A stretch of 22,862 bases of DNA, taken from Azolla caroliniana. Its lineage: Eukaryota; Plantae; Polypodiophyta. Positions 12,101 through 21,541 of this stretch are shown one piece after another; the first letter of the stretch is position 1; each line of letters opens with the position of its first letter. The stretch covers positions 1 to 22,862 of the forward strand of contig JBHGNT010000493.1 of NCBI GenBank assembly GCA_043228905.1, in the 5' to 3' direction. Under the pieces are notes generated by a model. It worked only from the letters and a program-made list of their open reading frames with translations, was not told where the DNA came from and did not search any database. A program made the position numbers and the translations under genes.

Positions 12101-15100
12101 TCATGGTCCATGGGGCCAGGGCCTACATGCACGACAAATTGCTATTGCCCGATTTATTGTAACCCCTTTGTTATATCTTGTTCGGGAGGCCATTTGTGTA
12201 TCTCTTGATTGACTTGTAGCATTAAGAGTGATGGGGCTAAAGAAAGTTGTGATTGTTCTTTGTGGATGTGGTTGTGTGGCTGTATTATTGTCCTTCAACA
12301 ACTTTTCCCTATGTCTCTTGAGTTCTAGCAAGAAAAGTCCTAGGCATCGTTGGTCATCATATTCCATTACCTTGCGTAGTAGGCCAAAGCCTTGTTTAAA
12401 GAGGCAATGGTATCTCCCTTTGATTTCATAATAGACACTACAATGACAAACATATTGTTCTTCAGATTCCACTCCTCAATGACACAATTAGCAAATTCTT
12501 TTTTCTAGAGGTGTTCGTGTATATCTGCCTACCTCAATCTCTAACTAATGTGATGAAGTTCGCAACTACCCTATCACATTATGCAATGCATAGGATAGAT
12601 GTATGTCCAGATAAGGTGGCCAGATAATGAATCCATCGTCCAATGTGTGTAAGAAGTGTCTTGTAGTCGGCCATCTTTGTACGAAGTGATATTTTGGGGC
12701 TGATCCATGTTATCTTGTTTTCCAAGTTAATAATATCAATCGAGATCACTCTATTCTTTTCAATTTTGGTCATATTTAGATGGGGAGAGTCCAAGCTATA
12801 TTGGAACAAGGGTAGTGCATTTATACTCATGCCATGTTACTAGAACCATTGCTGCATTTCAGCATACCAACAATGCATGTCTCCATTTTCAGCCAGTTGT
12901 CTTGATGAAATAAGTGCCAACCTTGGATACCTCCGTTTGGGGAGTTCCCAATGACGTTGGATACATGTCACTGATCGGAACAATGCCTCAGTGATTATAG
13001 GTGCCGCTCCATCTCTACACGGATTATATCATGGGACACCGATGCTTTGCTCCTTATCATGCAAGCAATCATTGACACTAAAGGTCTCTCTAAATCTTTC
13101 CAATGATTTGCCTTGTTAAGACTCAGTCCCTACGTTTCTACTCCATAGAGAAGAGTTGGTGTGACGAGTGTATCAAATAACCACAACTTAGTTCGCGGCT
13201 CTTGGAACGGCAAATGTGCACATTGCCTTTCGAGAGCACCAAGGGTTGCATATCCACGAGAAAGTCAGGCACAACCGACCTCCCGTAAGGAGAACCTCGG
13301 CCCTGTAAATATTACTCCTAGGTATGTGTAGGAGCGTGTGTATTCTACCTTTTCCTCTCCAGAGACGAATTCCGGTTCTGATCTTGTTACCCATGCTTGA
13401 GTGGTGTTAAACACCATCACTTTAGTTTTATCCATGTTGATTGACAAACCTTTGTCCGTACAAAATAGTAATATAGTCCCTCCAGAGAGTCAGAAATCAG
13501 CACAATGTCATCAGCATATAGTAATATTTGTATAGCTATACCTGCTAGGCATGCTGAACCCCCGAATCTCTCTGTGTAATGTGATACCTCACCTATATAG
13601 AGACCAAAGAGAGTGGGGGATAGTGGGCATCCTTGCTTCACTCCAATTGTGCTAGCCACCGCCTCTGACAAACCCTTGGAAAACCACACTTTTCTTGACA
13701 CGGATTCATAGATTCCCCATTGCATATCTGTAGGAACACCAAGGGCTTCTAGCCGCTGCATAAGCCGAGCACGTGGCACATGTGGCACAAAGAGAGATTA
13801 ATGTCTTTTAAAAGAGAACAAAATGCCCAATGAGATCAATATTTGAGTTACATTCACAGAAAATGTTGTTAACAATGTCAGTTTATTGTAGGATAAATAA
13901 AAACTGTCCACCATCTCAGTAATCAAGACTTCTTCCCGAGTTGTATCCTTACATCAACCTACATTAGGAATGACAAAACTTGATTTGCATCTGAAAATGC
14001 TGACCCATCTTGGAGAACAAGCCAAATATATATAAATACATAAGTTAAACTGTCAATAGCTCTCTCTCAAGCATTTTTCTAAGAGTGTATACATTTAGAC
14101 ATTCCATGCTTTTGCAAAACGATTTTGTTCGCCAAGCATACAACAATTGTCAATGTAAGCTTAAATGAACAGAAACAATTGACTTCTAAATTTCTTCCAC
14201 ATGGGCTGGTCTAAGATTGACATATCTCTGAAGAGAGGAAAGTACATTCTTATCAGATGATAATGGCCTCGCATCCATAGGTTCATCCATAAGGAATATT
14301 CTTATGAAGAAATGGAATACTATTACTCTGCCCTTGTTCATGCATGAATGCAAAATCAGTACATATGAGTTTAAGAAATCAGATCGTGCAAGTGATCCAA
14401 GAACATACTAAAGCGATGCAAACTCAGAATGAATACACTTGCAAAAGTTGATAATCATGCTTGCTTATATTATAGAGAAAAAAGTATGTAATTGTTCATA
14501 CCTCCTCTATGAAAGCGCCCTTGTTTGACCTGCATACAACCCACTCTTCCAGTAGTGTCTGGAAAAACAAGAAAATATCAAGCCACGAATATCGAAGGCA
14601 CAATTATGAATATGTGTGATGCAGTACCTTATGATCAAACTCATCCATTTTCAGTACAATCGGGATAATAATGGCTTTAGTGGATGCTTTCTTAGCAGCC
14701 TTTTCAGGTGATTGATCATTAACAGCATTGGTGAAATTTGGCGACTGACCTTTCACTGCATTCACTTTTAGTTGATTCAGAATAATTACTTCCCTTTTGT
14801 GTGTAGCTAAACTATGATAGTTAGCAGAAAATAAGGATTTCCAAAAGCACAATAAATAAAACTGTATAATACCAAATGAAGATGAATTTATAATTGATGC
14901 ATAATGAGGTTCCTGACATGAATCAACTGATGACGCAATGCCCCTGGAACCCCCGACAATTTCGGCCTTAATATTTTCTTCTGAAAATCTTGTGCTTTCA
15001 ATATTGGTGGTAACTTCTGCATTGATATTCTGTCCTTGTTTGGTGCTAGATATCACTTTTTCTGTTTCTCTAGCTGTAGGAATGTCTGCATGGCTTGTCT

Positions 15101-18100
15101 TACCGTTACTTTCCTCATCCATAAGATAGATACTAGGATCCAAATGTATGCCCTGAAAGTACATAAACAAGTCCAACCCCTAAATCTATAAATCTAATTG
15201 ATTGCATTGACTTCTGATAAGCAAATTTTAAGAAACACGTTACTTCAAGTAGTATCTCAGCACATGTTCTGTACATACTACATATTTGTTCCATGTGATT
15301 TCTTGGAAAACAATTATCCTAAATGTATGAAAGAAAAAATTCTTTTCAGGGAGTCATTTTTGGTAGACATTTCTGTCCAAACAATGAATCCTCTGTCCAA
15401 GCACCAATCAATTGTTTCCGCCACTTCTTCCACATCTTACTAACAAAGACTATCGTATATAATCTATGTGGGATTTTTTTTGCCTCAGTTTTAAGCAGTC
15501 ACAGGTTGAGTGAGCCTGAGCCAGAGCCAGTGAATTGTTTTCCAAAACTCACAGACCCAGTTCATTGTTTTCCAGCCTGCATTTGCTATGAGCCAGAACC
15601 AGTATATTTTTGTTGGAAGAAGCAGTTTCATTCAAATACAAATTAGATCGACCGAGCACTGCATGTGCCACTACTGCTTCTATGAAATAAAGTAAATGGG
15701 CGGAAAGCCAACCTGCTTTCTACAAGGAGTATAGGAACATGGCCTTTTAGGACTTAATCTTATATAGAATAATATAACTACTACTGCATCATATCTAATC
15801 AACTGTGCGTTAAAAATTTTCATTTCAAAATATCCTAAAATATAATATTCACAACAAAGAAATATTCTCCAGATAGATAACAGACCTCAATTATAATTGG
15901 TTTTCCATCCTTCATAGCTTTCTTCAAGTCTCCATGCAGCCCTGAAATTCATAGCAGTCTGTTGGCAAGGCATCACAATTCTGTGTAATTCAGGTAAACG
16001 TTTATGGACCAAAACGTTTATACCTTTTCTCAGAATCCTGCATTCTCTTGCAAACTCTGTAACAAGTTCCTCCTGAGATGAGAAATCCCTTTCCCAAACA
16101 GGCGTTGAAGGGAGGGGAGCACTATAAGCATTAAATAAACTGCATCAGAATGTTTGTTGCATCTCCTCTTCTTTTGTAATCTACACAGCCTTGTAAAATT
16201 AAACTTTCCTACAGTCTCCATGGAAACCTACCATGAACAACATTATAAGAGAGGAAAAAGATTTGCAGTTTGTGTATCGGTGCATACCCAGACTCTGCTA
16301 ATAAATTAAGAAGACAGCTCATAATGGCCCACATCATTATTCTTCGAGAATCTGGAGGAATTATTATGAATATACAGGAAATATGTGTGGTTTGAATTTA
16401 ATGTTTAAATTTGTGGGTTTCACTACATCACTACATTGAGAAGATCATAACAGTAGTTACACGGATATATTTATTCCAGAGTTGGAATCAGCCATTGTAT
16501 ATGTATATACATTAGCTTTGTGATAACTTATGCATGGGACTTTGACCTTTAAATCTCAATAAAAAACCCCAACAACAAGCGAATAACATTATTTTACACA
16601 AGCATGGGACTATATAACCAGAAACTATTGACAATGCTGTGAGATGAAAGATTGTTATGAACTTAGAATGATGACGGTCCCGATGAACGATTGGAAATTA
16701 GATTTGTATAGAGGACACATAAGCTCATTACACATCATCTTATTAGTGTCAGCTTTCTGTTGGAAGCAGATGGTAGTTGGAGCTATAAAGTCAATCTTTT
16801 ATCCAACTACATTGTTTCTTTGAGAGCAGATTAATTGGCAAGTGGACACTTGAGAAATCTGTTACCTAGACACCCTAGGTATCAATACATGTAAAGACAA
16901 CTGGGATCTATAATGTTAGGGTATGTATACTTTATCGAAATAGATAATTTGCCTATGGACATCGTTTCAACCAAAATTTCAGCAAATCAAACATCTCGAG
17001 CAGAAGTCTCTCTTTACATATCAACAAATGTAGGTTCCCTAAATAACCTCAAAACAACATCAACCATAAGTTCTTGCACCTTAGGTTGATGATATGTACT
17101 TTCCTAGATCGACCTAGAAATTCAATTCCTTAGAAAATAGAGTATCGTTACCAAAAGGATGATTCCTGAATCCAAGCTGACATATGAAATGAATATAAGA
17201 ACTCGCTGGTTCTTCTATGGGGTAGGACCATACAAAGGGATATCATAAACGAGCTCTGTTCTATATAGTTGCGAATACAAAAGCATGAACATTTGAAAAT
17301 AATGAAGGATTAACTTGGAGTACACTTGAGTCATCTCTAGAAAAAAACTATGGGTGGCTTATGTAAAATCAGGATTAATGGCTTTGGTAAGTATCCAAAA
17401 GCAGCCTTTCATGTCTCATAGGAGATTCCATATTTCTCAGTCATATACTGTTCTTTCATGTATCTCCTAGAGGCACTCACACATGTTCAGATGATGCTTC
17501 CCAGACTGACTTCACTCTAAAGAATATTTATAAAGAAAAATAGATACCAATACTTTCATGCAGTTTCATTGAATCTATACACTTTTATGTTAATATGAAT
17601 ATAATACACAGCTCAATTTTTAAAGAAGAGAACATACTCTGTAGATGTACGGATCAGTTCATAAACCATATCTGTCTGCACAACACATATATCTAGTAAG
17701 TTTAACAGAATTAAAATACTTTTCCATGCAGTTTAGGATCAAACTTCTGTAATTTACAACAATTTTGGACAACAATGATTTTCAGTGTAATTTTCATCGA
17801 AACTCCATGTTCTCTAAACTGAAAATCGCTATTATAGATTAAAGGATCATCCAACTTTCACACTTGTTTTGCTCCTAATACTTATACTGTTATTTTGAAG
17901 AAAGGAGATATTTGTGGTCAATTTCTCAAATAGATACAGTTCTATTACCTAAACCCATTCACTTTGGGCATCAGCCTAAGGTCAGCCCATATAAATAATT
18001 GTCTTAACAGATTTGACAGATGGAAAAATAACTGCCCATTGGACATTCAGCATAAACCCATCGGCATATCCACACTATATAATGACACCCAAATGCAGCC

Positions 18101-19395
18101 TATACTCTCTGGTATGTTTCCATCTCAAGCATGGAATTCAGGTATATGTCTAGATGCTGCAGTGAGGATGCAAAACTCTTAATGTTCTATTTCCTACCTA
18201 TGTCTACAAAGAGCATATATAATGGTATCGGTGCTCAGTCTTTGCATCATGTATGACTCCAATCTCAGCCTCCATCCATTCAGTGAGTTTTATTCTCTTA
18301 TGGCAAGTCATATCTAGTCTTTGTGGTACAGTGCTTGTAAGGTAGCACTAATCCCATCTCTACCTCCAAGGTACACTAAATGTTGTTACTAGTACAGCAT
18401 CCTCGATGAAGGCACTATGTGGTCTATGCCACATCAGTATGTAATTCTGCAGACTGATAGGGCCTCCACGACTTCTATCAATGGTTTCATGTCATTGCAG
18501 GTGCTTGCAGCCAATTGATATTCAAGTTTAAATAAGAAAGTGTTCTAGATATAGAAAAATGTAAAACAAGTTCATGAATCTATAACATCACAGTTATTAT
18601 GTACAGATAAGAGGCTATTTGAATTCTCATTTTGCACTAAAAAGAAAACGAACTGAATTCTCAGACTGCCTACCTGTAACACATTAGGTAAGTTCAGACG
18701 CTGCGCAAGCTGTGTTGCAACAGTTGATTTTCCCACACAGGCAGTTCCACAGACAAGAATGACTAATGGAACCCTTTGATGATGAAACCTGTAAATTTGA
18801 TGATGGCATGATAAATTTAAAGACTTTCCTAGTCCTATTTCAAATTTCCAACGTTTTAAATAGTTCTAGATTCTTGACACACAAACAAACCTTGTCATCA
18901 TTTTGTACCGATTGATATATTCTTCACCATAACCACGCCGTTCCATAAGCTTATGAAAACGATATTGTAAATGCTTACTCTTTAGACACAATTTTAAGCA
19001 AGAGAACCAATAAAGAAAACTCTTACTTTGAAAAGGTTGGCCTCCAAGTCTGTTTGTGACCTACAGCATACATCATGATATTAAGGAAATGAATCATATT
19101 AGAGATTTTTTTGAGTATGACATTTATGCATTGCTTACATACACGTCCAACAGGCTATTATCGATAAGAAGTTTTTTCAGCTCAAGGGATATTTTAATCG
19201 CAACATGATTTGGTATCTGCAAAAAGTATAGAGATAGTAAGTGCCCACAATCAACCCATAAAAGCCAGGACTGAACATCTAGATATGCCATCATCATTGT
19301 GAAGAGTATACCTTGGTCACAGTGAGCATTCTGCTTAGTAAAAATCTTGAGAGAACATAATAATGGTCTGCATTCTCTCCCAGCCAAACCCGAAC
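3121..19395 (-). CDS. P-loop NTPase, 2-phosphoglycerate-kinase-like plant protein (At5g61450 / LPA1-related family); spliced gene, 5'-partial
   Basis: Exons 19312-19395, 19143-19216, 19027-19060, 18891-18949, 18674-18788, 17638-17675, 16024-16121, 15886-15941, 14628-15152 (possibly split by a 66-nt intron), 14502-14558, 4028-4096, 3411-3485, 3121-3174 join in frame with GT-AG ends into 445 aa (423 aa if the 66-nt intron is spliced). Walker A GTACVGKS is present. Family recognised from memory of VWLGENADHYYVLSRF, FHHQRVPLVILVCGTACVGKST and DLKKAMKDGKPIIIEG. Confidence 0.93.
3411..3485 (-). CDS. P-loop NTPase gene exon (GIIVKNISATTFPQTLDSLHSYLLQ)
   Basis: tag acceptor, gtagaa donor, 75 nt, phase 0/0, conserved SATTFPQTLD motif. 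Confidence 0.92.
4028..4096 (-). CDS. P-loop NTPase gene exon (AEKEAIISRLMTIQDYLCSFKGQ)
   Basis: tttcag acceptor, gtttgt donor, 69 nt, conserved TIQDYLCSF. Confidence 0.92.
4644..4881. repeat. Direct duplication, 109 bp x2, period 129 bp
   Basis: catggtttaaatcc...ggtgctttac at 4644-4752 and 4773-4881, one mismatch seen. Confidence 0.95.
6050..6243. repeat. Imperfect direct duplication, period 120 bp
   Basis: cctgaKtcctccaaagatattgaacaca...gtcctcYaagtcataaRtaccacatttctatctt at 6050-6112 and 6170-6243, with an indel. Confidence 0.85.
6547..6573. repeat. (GAAA)n = (TTTC)n 3' tail of LINE copy 1
   Basis: agagaaagaagaaagaaagaaagaaag directly followed by the conserved terminus atatattaacgtcttttaagagg. 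Confidence 0.9.
6753..10461 (-). pseudogene. LINE ORF2 (APE endonuclease - reverse transcriptase - CCHC zinc finger - C-terminal extension), frameshifted
   Basis: ORF pieces 10264-10461 (WNCNG, ETH), 9523-10035 (GDFNAR, TIDY), 8519-9556 (NYR, FVDFRK), 7993-8514 (GVKQGCPLS, YAND for YADD, YTYLG), 7333-7956 (LRTSSH), 6961-7275 (CHQGVESKEHYVCHC). Catalytic YADD is mutated. Confidence 0.92.
10468..11151 (-). pseudogene. LINE ORF1 (helical region plus L1-ORF1-like RNA-binding C-terminal part), frameshifted
   Basis: ORFs 10744-11151 and 10519-10725 (LNVRVVG; LIRL..KGEKIYLDDDLT..RK..ARKEGK), read-through AVYRDGKVIIIEKRST to TGA at 10468-10470, 6 nt before the ORF2 ATG. True start uncertain. Confidence 0.75.
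11369..11755 (-). mobile_element. 5'-truncated 3' fragment of a diverged sister LINE family (unit F1)
   Basis: gtattaacatctgttaagaggccgaaaagacc...gagattacatctt...aagaacaaatcaaaata aligns to the copy 1 terminus; translation GVTID..RPRPSGPWP..EILRRQK matches the ORF2 C-terminal extension. Confidence 0.85.
11756..13789 (-). mobile_element. 5'-truncated LINE copy 2, same family as copy 1
   Basis: (GAAA)n tail at 11756-11774 then collinear with 6570-8600. RT GVKQGCPLSPTLF and YADD in 13417-13788, CCHC region in 12101-12472, several frameshifts; truncated at VPRARL. Confidence 0.93.
13790..13860 (-). mobile_element. Very short, old 3'-terminal remnant of a related LINE (unit F2)
   Basis: agagagattaatgtcttttaaaagagaacaaaatgcccaatgagatc..gagttacat aligns by eye to aagatatattaacgtcttttaagaggccaaaatggcctataagacc..gagattacat. 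Confidence 0.65.
14502..14558 (-). CDS. P-loop NTPase gene exon (TLLEEWVVCRSNKGAFIEE)
   Basis: ttccag acceptor, gtatga donor, 57 nt, conserved LLEEW. Confidence 0.9.
14628..15152 (-). CDS. P-loop NTPase gene long exon (GIHLDPSIYL...variable insert...IIIPIVLKMDEFDHK); may contain a 66-nt in-frame intron at 14807-14872
   Basis: Within ORF 14604-15176; tttcag acceptor at 15153, gtactg donor at 14627; conserved ends flank a low-complexity middle. Confidence 0.88.
15886..15941 (-). CDS. P-loop NTPase gene exon (GLHGDLKKAMKDGKPIIIE)
   Basis: tttcag acceptor, gtctgt donor, 56 nt, phase 1/0. Confidence 0.93.
16024..16121 (-). CDS. P-loop NTPase gene exon (DAPLPSTPVWERDFSSQEELVTEFARECRILRK)
   Basis: ttatag acceptor, gtataa donor, 98 nt, phase 2/1. 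Confidence 0.93.
17638..17675 (-). CDS. P-loop NTPase gene exon (TDMVYELIRTST)
   Basis: gtgcag acceptor, gtatgt donor, 38 nt, phase 0/2. Confidence 0.92.
18674..18788 (-). CDS. P-loop NTPase gene exon with Walker A (RFHHQRVPLVILVCGTACVGKSTVATQLAQRLNLPNVLQ)
   Basis: ttacag acceptor, gtaggc donor, 115 nt, GxxxxGKS motif. Confidence 0.95.
18891..18949 (-). CDS. P-loop NTPase gene exon (LMERRGYGEEYINRYKMMT)
   Basis: cataag (AAG) acceptor, gtttgt donor, 59 nt, phase 0/2. Confidence 0.9.
19027..19060 (-). CDS. P-loop NTPase gene exon (VSQTDLEANLFK)
   Basis: ctgtag acceptor, gtaaga donor, 34 nt, phase 2/0. Confidence 0.92.
19143..19216 (-). CDS. P-loop NTPase gene exon (IPNHVAIKISLELKKLLIDNSLLD)
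   Basis: ttgcag acceptor, gtatgt donor, 74 nt, phase 0/2; visible at the end of ORF 19124-19387. Confidence 0.93.
19312..19395 (-). CDS. P-loop NTPase gene exon (VRVWLGENADHYYVLSRFLLSRMLTVTK), most 5' exon in the window
   Basis: gagcag acceptor, gtatac donor, 84 nt, phase 0/0; starts at an acceptor, so an upstream exon is needed and none was found in the window. Confidence 0.93.
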
Positions 19396-19970
19396 CTGCT
19401 CAAACATAAGCCCATCACTGTTTATGTAAGTTTTCAACATTAGCAAAACAGAATTCAGCTTTAGTCTTGTAGTTTTACAACAACACTTAGCTTTTGAGCC
19501 ATATTAAGAAAATAACCTTTATTCACAACCCAAGTACTTCTCCTGAGAGCAACTTGCCTTATAATTTTGACCTAATTATCTATTATTATGTATTTGAAAC
19601 AAACCTGATTTTAACTTTCAGCTACAGAATCAAAAAGTGAAGAATGAAAAGGATGGCTACAATAAAAGGAATTAAAAATAGCCAAGGTAAAGAGACAACT
19701 GAAATATGTCTCAAGAAGATGATTGATGGTGGATGTAATAAGAGGAAGATATTGTGACAAATAGCTGTGTGGAGGATGAGAAGCATCTTATGAGTGGGTT
19801 GTTAAACACAAGGAAGTTGAGGCACATTGAGAAACTAAGAAATAAGATGCTCGCATATTAAATGTCGAAGACTAAAGTGTGGGGAACTATTGACAGGGCT
19901 CTAAAATGTTTGTGAAGATTGGTGACCCCTCTAGAGCCTAAAACAGCCAAAAACTAGAACAAAAAAGACT

Positions 19971-20289
19971 AGAAAGAAAGAAAGAAAGATATATTAACGT
20001 CTTTTAAGAGGCCAAAATGGCCTATAAGACCGAATAAGAGATTACATCTTAAATGTTTTCTCGTCTTTGAGAACAAATCAAAATAAAGTAAATATTACAC
20101 AGTAACTATAAAAGTAAATAAGATGAAAAGAAAAGAGACGAGAGAATCTGGTTTTTGGCACATGCGAGATTCTCAAGTTAGGTATATTGTAGCTTTTGTC
20201 TCCGAAATATCTCTATCATAGGTCAATCCAAAATGGAAATGTCTCCGAAGCGAGGGAAGCACCTACAATGGCGGGAGATAATGGCTTTT

Positions 20290-20290
<1 letters not shown>
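19971..20290 (-). mobile_element. Short 5'-truncated LINE copy A (320 bp)
   Basis: (GAAA)n tail then collinear with 6570-6865 of copy 1. Confidence 0.92.
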
Positions 20291-20320
<30 letters not shown>

Positions 20321-20636
20321 AAGAAAGATATATTAACATTTTTTAAGAGGCCAAAATGGCCTTTAAGACCAAACAAGAGATTACATCTCAAGTGTTGTCT
20401 AGGCTTTGAGAACCACAAATCAAAATACAATAAATATTACTCCGTAAATATAAAAGTAAATCAGATAAAAAGAGATGAGGGAAACTGGTTTTTGGCACAT
20501 GTGAGATTCTCAAGTTAGATGTATTGTAACTTTTGTCTTCGAAAGATGTCTAGCATAGGTCAATCCAGAATGGAAAGGTCTCTGACGTGAGGGAAGCACC
20601 TGCGATGGCAGGAGATAATGGCTTTTATCTGTCGAT
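20291..20636 (-). mobile_element. Short 5'-truncated LINE copy B with (GA)13(GAAA)n tail
   Basis: (GA)13 at 20291-20316, GAAA repeats, then collinear with 6570-6874 of copy 1; shares ttactccgtaaa and aaaagagatgaggg with copy 2. Confidence 0.92.
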
Positions 20637-20869
20637 AGATGCTAGAGTAAGAATTAACATGGAACATTACAGAAAATAGATGCTAACAGAATCCTGTTCT
20701 TAATAACCAACACCATTTGCAATATTCCAGCAAAAATATTAAATTATGAGGGAAGCAAATGATAAATTGTGGTTGAAAGCAAGTGTCAGATATCAGAGCA
20801 GATGACAGTGGAATGTAAAAGAGAAAAACTGAGAAGCAAATAGGAATTCAAATGGCTGAACATCGCACA

Positions 20870-21438
20870 TGCAAAGTGACTACATTCACCTCTTCAATTT
20901 CAACATTGCTATCCTTAGGTGGACTCTCTTTCATCTCTTCTTCAGTAGCATTTGTCTTCTTGCCCTTTCCTTTCACTTTCTTCCATTTGTAGCAATCATG
21001 TTTAAGGTGAACCTTCTTGCTACAATGATGGCATTCAATATCTTTACCATGTGATTTACTAGAGCCTTGACGATCAGATTTGCCTCTCTATGTGAAATGC
21101 CCCTATTATGCAAAGCACAAGAGGACTTACAAGATGCATTGTTCTGCCAATTCATCTCTTCGATGTGAAGAGAACTCTCTACATCAACAAACAAGAGCAT
21201 CACATTTAAATTGCTAATGGCAGTTCTAGAGATATCCCAGCTCTTTGGCAAAGTGCAAAGCAAAAATATAGCCTTAAAACTCATCATCAATGACAAATTT
21301 CAAGGGGCACAACAGCTGGCTAATAATAGAATTAAACTCACTCAAGTGAGTTGACATGGGTGGCCCTCTTTCATACGCAAATCCATAAGCTTTTTCAGCT
21401 AATAAACTTTGTTAGTTGCACTCTTCTAGGCATATCGT
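20870..21438 (-). mobile_element. Ty1/copia gag remnant (UBN2-like region plus zinc knuckle), decayed
   Basis: Minus strand KSATNKVY*LKKLMDLRMKEG..STHLSEFNSIISQL, FLLCTLPKSWDISRTAISN..VESSLHIEEMN (ORF 20973-21296), and CHHCSKKVHLKHDC (CX2CX4HX4C) in another frame. Confidence 0.85.
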
Positions 21439-21541
21439 TGTTGGGGTAAAGGCCCTAAATGACCCCCTTATAGTGTGTACATGTGTATAAGCTTGTTTAT
21501 AAAGGCCAGTAGTCACTTATCACTTTTTCATTATTTTTGGG

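Noticed and set aside
15323-15646. 107-aa plus-strand ORF with EPEPEP repeats
   Set aside because: Antisense within an intron and explained by a short DNA repeat
18230-18530. Possible further decayed retroelement fragment in the intron
   Set aside because: Only faint peptide resemblance; not supportable without alignment
19965-20648. ctaga on both sides of the A+B pair as a TSD
   Set aside because: 5 bp, offset from the junction, and ctaga recurs several times nearby
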